From Bugula neritina (Eukaryota; Animalia; Bryozoa), in NCBI GenBank assembly GCA_964035545.1, contig OZ037765.1, forward strand, positions 6,706,698 through 6,770,697: a DNA stretch of 64,000 nucleotides, given 5' to 3'. Within the stretch, counting starts at the first letter, position 1. The number at the start of each line of letters is the position of its first letter. The notes below the pieces were generated by a model, which worked only from the letters and a program-made list of their open reading frames with translations, did no database searches and was not told where the DNA came from. Made by a program: the position numbers and the translations under genes. Below are positions 40,244 through 50,233 of this stretch, piece after piece.

Positions 40244-42010
40244 GCTCACTCACTCTTTTATGCTCTTATATTTGTGACTTTAAAAGCAAGAAACCAACAG
40301 TATAGACTTTCCTTCAACTTGTGATCTAATACTATTTTTCTTTTATTGTAGTTATGTGAATGTGTTTATATATATTTGCACACAGTCTATTCATTGAAGT
40401 ATGCTGGTGATGTTTTTTCTAGCACACCATTTAAAATTTTGCTATAATTTGATATTTTAAACTCCATGTAAATACACTGTATCAGCTGTGGGCAATTAGA
40501 AAAACTAAGATATTAAGGTTTTTATTTTTGTATTTTCGTTATGCATATATGTATAAGGATGATAAAAACTATTTGGCAGTTATGAATATCCATTGTTTTG
40601 TTGAAGTTCAATAATGACGAATTCATTACAATGATAATATATTTGAATATTTAGATGTCATTATGCTTCTTCAAAGTCACATTAACACTTGATGAGTATT
40701 GGGGTAATTATAATTGTCTATGTTTCTATTTCATCGCCTTTGTTATATTGTGATTCACTTTAATTTACTGTACATCATCAGTGGGGACAAAGAACCACCT
40801 CTAACTGTCTAAAATCTAAATCATACATGTATACATACTGCAGTTATTAATACTGGCACTGTGGGCTCTTTTACCACCCATATAAATAATATCAAGCCTC
40901 TTTAAAGACCTTTGTACTTTTGTGCGTTATAATAAATAATATAATGTCCTTGAGCATTACTGAATTAAGAAAGTTCTGATTTAGATATCTTCATAATTTT
41001 CTGTAAGGTTGGGAACAAGAAAAGCAAATGAGCAAAATATACCCAATCATTGCCAAACCATGCACTCTGAAGGTTTTGCTCTCTTTAATGGTTTCAAATA
41101 ATGTAAAGTTGAATCCGTTGTTCGAGAATACAGCAACTATCTGAGTTTTATTTTATAATAATTATGTATAGTTTGTCATGAGGTTAGATAGCAAATTACA
41201 AGTTATATTGATTATACGCTTGAGCGGATTGGAATTGTTTCCTTCTGATACTTAGCCTTGAATCTTGAAACACTTTTGCGCATATAATCACTGAGCTGGA
41301 AAAGTTATTATTATTGAGTTCATTGCATGTAATATGTAGATCCCCTTCATTTGCATTTGTTATTGGTTTTGAAGACTGCAGGGTCTTATGCTGGTAATGC
41401 AATAAACTATAACTTCCCTATAGTTCAATGGTTCTTTGTGCATGCATAATACTAGTAAATTGATCAGCTGTGTTTATGACTAATTCGCAGTCACATGAGC
41501 TAGGAATTGTATCTGTATATTGGGGATAAAGATTACAGCAGTTCAGTAGCAGCAGTCAGAAGGGAAGTGCGCTCTCTAACTGAAGCAGATTTCTTGAATT
41601 CAAGATTGCTAGTATTTTTCTTGCTATTCTGTAAAACATACATTCTAGATTTAATATTCATCTACATAATTATTATAATATCAAACCATTGTTTCAAGTC
41701 TTGTTTTTCTATTGACGCTCACATTGTGATTGAATCTAAGCCATTTGTTCTGGTGTTGTGATTTGTATTCACGGTGGAGATAGATATTGTATGCCAGCAG
41801 GCTGGATACGAAGTATAACCTGTGATAGGCTGATCCGTTTTGCTGGTAGGTTATCTTATCTAATCATTTCAAGTAGGCATGCATGTTACTGTTACTGAAG
41901 TTAAGGTTTTCATATTTATATTTCTGAGGATAACAAAAGAAAACATACCACATTTGTTAACATTGGTCAGTTATACCAAATATAGCTACCATAAATTTAT
42001 TTGCCTACTC

Positions 42011-42255
42011 TAGGCGTGAGCAACTGGGGGCCCCAGGGTCACCTGTAGAGTGTGACCCTAGCTTTGACTATTTTTCAGTGGCCCTTTTGATGCTTAAGAT
42101 AAGCAAACATGTTATATCTATTCTGATTAGCACAGTGCAAGTTCAGTAACAAATTACTTTAATATCATAAAATTTGATATGTGTAAAATCATGTGGCCTT
42201 AGTTTTGGCTGACCTCTGAACTTGGCCCTCATACTAAAGAAGTTGCTCACTCCTG
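42011..42255. mobile_element. hAT-type MITE (duplicated with the unit)
   Basis: TIRs taggcgtgagcaac / gttgctcactcctg; TSD gcctactc/gcctattc. Confidence 0.85.
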
Positions 42256-42925
42256 GCCTATTCTATCTACTAATTTTCAGCAAACTTTAAATAAAATATT
42301 TAGGTTTGATCTCATATACAATAATTAGTATATTGTCATTTAAACTGAGCTTTTTTAAAGCTATTGAAATTACAAAACTAAAAATTTATCAGCAACATGG
42401 CGGTTACATCCTAAAGCTGTAACCAAATCGAAAAACCTGAATTATCACATGAGACTATTGTGTCCTTCTTGGCAAGATTTGTTTGCCATTCACTTTTATA
42501 CAAGTTCTATTTATACTAGTTATATTAATAAACACATGATGTACTCAAACTTTTTTGCAAAGTTTACTCAGACTAACAACAGAAGTGAACTTTCTAAAAT
42601 TAAGTAATGTTACATTAGCAGAGAATAGCAGAGATGCATACATAATATGGTATTTTTTCTTCGTGCTGCCATAAAGAAGAAAAACTATATTGTTCTGCAT
42701 CATATATGCAATCTTTAATACTGTTATTATTTATGCAGATCTACTGCGTTGTTTTTTCAATTGTCTCTATTTAATTCACACTCATATGCTGTTGAAATAT
42801 TTATTTTATGTTTTATAAATTAGCCAATTAGGCTTTACCAGGATATGTGCTGAGGTTGCACACCACACAAACTACTTGTATAATACTGGTTACAGGACCG
42901 AGAGAAAAACCACCCCTATGAGAAA

Positions 42926-44296
42926 ATGAGATCTGCACTGTGTTGGTTACCAATACTATTTATTATAGTGACAGCTATTTGCTTCTATGTAGGAGAAGAC
43001 ATCTATCCATTCTGGCCCTATATCAGGTATAAACATGTGAGTGTAAGCTATATAAAATGTATGCGTATATATATAAATATCTGTATGCAATATATGCAGT
43101 ATATATGTTTGTGTGCGTTTGTATTATATATGTCTATATATATATACAATATATGCAATATATGCAATATATACAATATATACAATATATACAATATATA
43201 CAATATATATATATATATTATTGAAGAAAAGAGCAATTTATTTAGATGTTTTATTGCGCTACTAATAGTTTCATGCCTCTTCGGCATTCCTCAGATTGTG
43301 CCTGAGGAGTGCCGAAGAGGCATGAAACTATTAGTAGTGCAATAAAACATCTAATTAAATTGCTCTTTTCTTCAATAATATAATTGCTCATTATTATACA
43401 CATAATAATTTGAGCACTTTTTCATCTGCTGCTTTTTAAAAAACTCACGCTACGACTATTATATATATATTTATATATATTTATTCACAACTCATGTACT
43501 CATGTAATTTATATAATTCAGAAAATAATTGATGCTAGAATTTATTATTTTTATTTTATGCTGAAAAATACAACTCATTAAATGTTGAAGACCAAAGTTT
43601 AGTTTAATTTCCTATATAATTGGACAGATTTTGAATTATGTTTTAGCGGTACTAGTGTCCAAAAAGCTGTAAGATGTGTAATTGGTCAATTCTTGAATGT
43701 TTCTGCATTTCTTGGTGAGTGAAGTTTGTCTAAGCAAGTCATGCTAGCTCAAACTGATTTTTGCAATTTATCCTATGGCATTTTTTTTAGTTTTCAGCAA
43801 GTTTCTTGCTGACTTTCGAATAACATTTGCTTTACTACACAAAATATTTGATCATTGCACTTTATAAATATATATAGAGACATTTACCAAATCAAACTTT
43901 TCTTTGAATTTTCAATCTATAATAACAGATATGCAGACTGAATTCCGGATATGAATATTGAATGATATTTCTCTTGTTTCTGTTATTTCCAGCTATGGCT
44001 ACTATGTATGTTAGATTCAAGTTGGTTCAAGCATTTAACAATTATGACAGAAACCTTAGAATATTGAATAAAGTGGCTCTGTTGATGGGTGCACTGTCTA
44101 GTCTGGGCATATCTTTAGTAGCCAACTTTCAGGTGAGCTTCCATTAAAGATACACTCATGTTAGCAAACAGAAAGCTAATAACTGTACATTTATTTAGTA
44201 TATAATTCTCTGAGCTATAACTAGTGGCAATAAAGAATTTTTTGGAACAGATTTCATAAGATTGATCAGTTTAGCTCAGTTATTCCAAGTAGTATA

Positions 44297-44391
<95 letters not shown>

Positions 44392-46621
44392 TTAATATTA
44401 TACATTTTGGCTAACTTTGAAAACCCTTGAACATTAGGAGTGTTCTTGTAGAATATAAATTGCTTGGTGAATGAATTAATAGTTTTAATTTATGACTTTG
44501 GATAAAGACACAAATTGTCATCGGCCTAATATATTACAGAGCACTCCGCTTGTAAGTGTATCTATGACTGGTGAATTTATGGCTTTTGGTATTGGAGTTG
44601 TCTACTGTTTCCTGCACACTGCTATCACCAGAAAAATGTATCCAATGTACAATAATAGGAGTATTTGGCTCGTCAGACTTTTTATTTCTGTACTTGTGCT
44701 CTTGTCTTTTATACTCAGTAAGTTTATTTTATACTTGAACAGTTTCACGTTATGGTGGTAAGGTTTTGCAACAATTAATTTGTAGTAAAAAAGGTTACAA
44801 TGTACACTACTAAGTTGCAAATTATGTCACTGCTAAGATTGTAGTTTAAGCGGTTTTCTAATTTATTTTAATTACTAATTTGATTCCAACAACACACACC
44901 TAGTTCAAACCAGAGTAATCCACTCTGTAGCCTGAGAACTAAAGACCTTTTCAAGGTCAACAGACTAGACCTATAGAGAGTAATAAAAACATCATAAGCT
45001 AATTTCTTTTTATTTGTCATATTAAGCTACTTATCACAGTAAGTCTTCAAATTAATTTAATTTTATTGAGTCATATAATTATTTATTAGTGTTTATTTAT
45101 TAAAATTCCAGCAATCAACTATATATTCACTGTTAGTGAGATTTAATATCACTTGATTATTGTGTTGTTATTTTTAACCTTATTGTTTTTCACCGAATTA
45201 TAATTTCATTGATTAATATTGATAAAAATAATACTTTAATATAGTAGCTTCTAGAGTATAGACCTAAAGCTGCAATTTTAGTTTCTTTTGTTTGAGTTGC
45301 TCAATGCTTGTGTAGTGAAATTTTTATGTATCTCGGAGTTATGCTCCCCACTTAATTGCATTCTACCCACAAAACTACTACACTTGTAGCGGTCCACCAA
45401 TTTATATTGATGTGAACTTTCAAATAAAAGTTATATTTATTGGCATGACCAAGTACTTTCAAGTCACTTAAAGTTGGCTTGAGTTGATTCAGTTCATTGG
45501 TTGACTTAATTTGACTTAACTTTTTGTCTGGACTATGATTCAACTTACCTTCACTTATTTTGTACTTGTGACTGATAGATTTGTTCATATATAGAGACAT
45601 GTGTGTACTAATATTAGACTATTATTAGGAATATGAATAAATTTTTAAAACAGCCAGGTGTTGAGTTTTAAAGTTCTACATATTTTTTTATCTAGTACTG
45701 AATTTATAATCAACCTACGTTTAAAAATATTTAAAATATGGCATGTCACATTATATGCCAAACTATGGTTATTTTATAAGCTAAATTTCCTGGTTTGAAT
45801 TATTCAAGTTTCACTGCATTCTGTGTAAACTGTATACAGCTTTGCAAATGAAGTTAATGTTTTATTGCAGCTGCTGTATTTGCAATTATTGCGACTGCAC
45901 AAGCCGGAAATATTGCTCAAAATATTGATTCCAAGAATTGGAATGCAACAGGACTTGTGAGTTTTATTATTTTGTAATTATTTACTATAAAGAAAAATAA
46001 TTTTACCAACTTCATATCTCTGCTAAACAATTTTAGTAGTTTCAGTTTTAATGGTTATTAAATATTTTTTTAAATAGCTCTTTTCATAGTATTTACAAGT
46101 ATTACTAGTATAAGGAAAACTAATTTTCAATAACAAGTCGTATTTTCCACTGCAATTATTACGTATTAGTGAGCTGTTTGTAAATAAAGAGTTGTCATCT
46201 CACTGAAACTCCTAAGTAGTCATAGACCCAGTGAAACATTTTTAGTGATAAACACAGCTATGAAAATATGGTGAGCAGTAAATTTGGTGGAATATCTGTA
46301 GACAGGATAACGTTATTTTATAAACCTTTATTATACTCATAAACACTGCTATTGGTAAATTATTTTAAGTATTTACCCATGATATCTGATATCTATATGC
46401 CATGTAGCACTTATATTATTCAGGGGCCTGGTGAGCAGTCTGTGAGCTTATTGAGTGAGTCTGTGTTATATATAGCTTTCCTCTCTTTCTTCCTCACTTA
46501 TGTCAAGGATTTCCAGAGAATGACAATAAGAATTTTACCAGAACTGCTGGTCTCACACTTGGATGAAACCCCCATAGTGTTCAACTCAGGGCCTACTGAA
46601 CGAACTGGCCTACTGGCCTAA
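42926..46621 (+). CDS. DRAM-like copy 4, 256 aa, divergent luminal face
   Basis: Exons 42926-43026, 43647-43714, 43993-44132, 44540-44717, 45871-45956, 46424-46621 in frame. SDTG>SGTS, PES>AVR, VH>VS, GA>GE, EH>EQ, EW>ES; tail ERTGLL. Confidence 0.86.
43214..43456. mobile_element. Penelope-type pLTR fragment with inverted 5' duplication (81-bp-arm palindrome)
   Basis: 43214-43294 is the reverse complement of 43302-43382 (3 mismatches, 7-nt spacer). Inserted in a TA tract; absent at the same site in copy 2; shares gagcacttt with the pLTR at ~36130. Confidence 0.8.
43295..43343 (+). ncRNA. Type I hammerhead ribozyme
   Basis: auugugc-CUGAGGA-gugcc(gaaga)ggcau-GAAA-cuauuag-UA-gugcaau: 7-bp stem I, 5-bp stem II, short stem III, GUA triplet. 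A second copy lacking the stem I 5' arm lies on the minus strand (43253-43294). Confidence 0.82.
44298..44388. repeat. (TA)n microsatellite
   Basis: Direct observation; short in copy 2, expanded here. Confidence 0.95.
45311..45382 (+). mobile_element. Internally deleted relic of the 28689-29120 solo LTR
   Basis: Same termini (tgtagtgaaattttt ... ccacaaaactactaca) and perfect cttg TSD at the same intron position. Confidence 0.85.
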
Positions 46622-49600
46622 GCTCACTCTTTTATGCTCTTATATTTGTGATTTTAAAAGCAAGAAACCAACATTATACTTTCCTTTAACTTGTGATCTA
46701 ATGTTATTTTTCTTGTATTGTAGTTATGTGAATGTGTTTATATATATTTGCACACAGTCTATTCATTGAAGCATGCTGGTGATGTTTTTTCTAGTACACC
46801 ATTTAAAATTTTGCTATAATTTGATACTTTAAACTTCATGTAAATACACTGTATCAGCTGTGGGCAATTAGAAAAACTAAGATATTAAGGTTTTTCTTTT
46901 TGTATTTTTGTTATGCATATATAAGGATGATAAAAACTATTTGGCAATCATTAATATCCATTGTTTTGTTGAAGTTCAATAGTGACAAATTCATTACAAT
47001 GATAATATAATATTTAAATATATTATTATGCTTAAATGCATACCTATTTAGATGTCAATATGCTTCTTCAAAGTCACAATAATACTGGTTGAGGATTGGG
47101 GTAATTGTGTGTGTTTCTATTTTATTGCCTTTGTTAAATTGTGATTCACTTTAACTTATATCATCAGTGGAGACAAAGAACCACCTGTAACTGTCTAAAT
47201 CACACGTGTATACATACTGCAGTTAATAATACTGGAACTGTGAGACCTTCTATATGAACAACACAGCCTCCCTAAAGGCCTTTGTGCTTGTGGGGGCTTC
47301 TTTGTAGTTATGTTTTTCGACTTGAGAAAATTTCAATTTTTTTTAACTTTTACCTCCATAATTTTCTGTAACTGTAAGGTGAGGGATAAAAAAAGTAAAT
47401 GAGCAAAATATTATACCTAGATTGTCTAAGTCTACACTCTGAGAGTTTTGCTCTCTTTAACCATCGCAAATATAAAGTTAACTCGGTTGTTTTTATAGAA
47501 TACCAGCGACTATCCGAGGTTTACAATAATATTATAAGTTGGATGCGCAAATTACAAGTTATATTGATTATACGCTTGAGCGGATTTGAATTGTTGCTCT
47601 TTGATACTTAGCCTTGAATCTTACAATTTGTTTGTGCATATATGTAGATGCCCTCAATTTGCATTTGTTATTGTTTTTGAAGACTGCAGGGTCTATGCGC
47701 ATGCATAATACTAGTAAATTGATCAGCTGTTCTTATGAGTAATTCCCAGTCACATGAGCGAGGCCTTTGTTTCTGTACGTTGAGGCTGAAGATTACAGCA
47801 GTTCAGTAGCAGCAGTCAGAAGGGAAGTGCGCTCTCTAACTGAAGCAGATTTCTTGAGCTCAAGATTGCTAGTATTTCTCTTGCCATTTTGTAGAACATA
47901 TATTCTAGATTTAATATACATCTTTATCAAACCACTTTAGTAATTACAAATTCAGTTCTAGTTCTTAGACTTGCTTCAAGTCTCCGTTTGTCTGTTGACA
48001 CTCACATCCAATCTAAGTCATTCGTACTGTTATCGTGATTTGTATTCACGGTGTAGATTGATATCATATGCCAACAGGCTGGATACAACTGTGATAGGCT
48101 GATCCGTTTTACTGGTAGGTTATCTTATCTAAACATTTCAAGTATGTTTGTCCCTCAAAATTTTAATTTAAGGTTGAATTAAAGTGTTTAAGCTTATTTT
48201 CGACAGCCGAGGGTAAAAAATACCACATATTATGTTTGTTAACATTGGTTAGTTATAGACAATACAGCTGCAATAATTTTAATTGCCCATTTGCATTTAC
48301 TAATCTTAAATAAACTTTGAAATAAAATATTTAAGTTAAAGCTCGCGTACACGAATTGGTATAATATTGTCATTTAGAGTAATTATTAAAATAAAATTTT
48401 CTAAACCTATTGAAGATAAGGCTAAAAATAAAATTGCCATTGCGGTTACACCCTAGAGCTATAATATACCTAAACCCTGAATTATCACATGATGTCATTG
48501 TGCACTCCTTTGCTCAATTTATTTGTCGAGCTTTTACAACGAAGTTGGATTTGTAATATTTCAAAGCCATATACTATAGTTAGTGCTGTGGTGCTAACTT
48601 AATCACGAGTCAGTAAAAAGCATTATAGACATTTAAATTATATATTATTATATCATTATTAAAGTCGCATCACCAAATCACACAATGGCTACAATCAGTT
48701 TGAGTCAAAACTCAGATGGTTTGCAAATTGAATACTAACATAATTTTATAGTAATTGATTAGCAGCTTCATTCATTTGACATTTCAAATCAAGAAGCTGT
48801 AGAAAAGGCAGTGCTATCACTGTAGCTATGCAATATTGTGTAGCCTAGAAAAGTTTCTGCTATGACTGAATCCATAAAGATTTACAGTAACTTACTAGTT
48901 AAGCAGGTCTGGTCATTGTAAGTTAAGCTAGTTCTGAATCAACAAAATGTGAACACAACATATACATGTATGTAAATTATTATTTTAATGAGTATGTATG
49001 CCAATCATAACACAATGCTTTAAATTGTACCGTACAGTGATTGTACTCCATTAAATTACTTAGTACTTCTTATTTGAACTACACAAATTGAGAATTGTTG
49101 CACCACCCTGATCACTGATAACTTGCAGTTCAAACTTTAGGCTATATTCACTGTCTTTGCATTCATTCAACCAGCTTTGAAGCTAAAACTTGGTAGCAAA
49201 TCACAATCTGGCTTTCCTGGTTGAATGACACCGTAATTGGCTATAAGCTGCCATTGCCTTGAAGCTGTTTGCTGCGTGGGAAGACTGTAAAATCAAATAT
49301 GAAATGACATCATCTCTACCTAAATTATACATTCTATAATAGCTTATTAGACAATAACAAATTAGAAATGTAAATAGAACTGTTTCTTGTACAGTTACTT
49401 GCCCAGCATAAGTACATGACTAGTGTTTACATTTACTAGGCTGGTATGACACTGCACGCAGTGCTACTTGTATGTTATTATGTTATTATTCATCTACCTG
49501 GAATCTGGTGAAGTGCCAATTTCCTCTTCTGATATAAATATTAGCTAGTATTGCCTCGTGGCAGTGGAAAGTATACATTGTGTAAAGTTAGATCTAGTAT

Positions 49601-50233
49601 AAATAGAGTGAGTGTAGCATTTCATTAGCCTTCACCTAATTATCTATTTTACTTTATGTTCCCTTAGTAGCAGGTAATACTAATCTAATACAGTTCAGAT
49701 AGATTGAAATTGAAGTGAAAACTTGGCTGTAAATTTATTAGCCAACTACTAATAATTTTGTTCTCAATAGACTGCGTAATTTGTTGTTGAATATTCAAGG
49801 CGCTGACTGGCTTTTATTTTACTGCACTAACTGGCATTCCTAGTTGGAACTAGCTGTAGTTCAAAAACAAATGAAATTGGCTCAACGCCAAAAGCAAATA
49901 TCCAACCCTGGCGCACTAGTAGAATGACTTGTCATTAATTATAACTAGTTTCTACATACATTACTGCCTTCTAATAGGCCTATCTAGACGTAAGAGTTGA
50001 AGATTTCTCAAACCATTTCAATTAACTACTCAGAGCCAAGCATCTAATTAAATTATAAATTTTTGTCCTCCTTTTTCAACTCCAAATATTCATTAAATAA
50101 AATGTTATTCAGTTTGTTTCACCTGAGCTCTGCTATCATAAGAGCAACTTTCTCTCAGCTTTTGTTTTACTATTGATTGTGTCAACTATATTTAGTTTGC
50201 AAAACGTATCCTTGTAGTCAATTACCAGCTGCC

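Larger units (their letters stand above)
19900..48530 (+). repeat. Four-unit tandem segmental duplication (~19.9-26.3, 26.3-33.0, 33.0-42.6, 42.6-48.5 kb)
   Basis: Exons, introns and 3' flanks align across all four units. Similarity starts near 19900 (cagagatgca...) and ends near 48530 (cctgaattatcacatga...). Confidence 0.95.

Noticed and set aside
26566-46621. Calling DRAM copies 2-4 pseudogenes
   Set aside because: No stops, frameshifts or uncompensated splice losses in any of the 18 exons; all indels are multiples of 3. Expression is still unverified.
19900-48530. Array as an assembly artefact (two haplotypes placed in tandem)
   Set aside because: Units differ by many substitutions and distinct insertions, and show mosaic rather than simple pairwise similarity. 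Considered unlikely, but only spanning long reads and read depth can exclude it.
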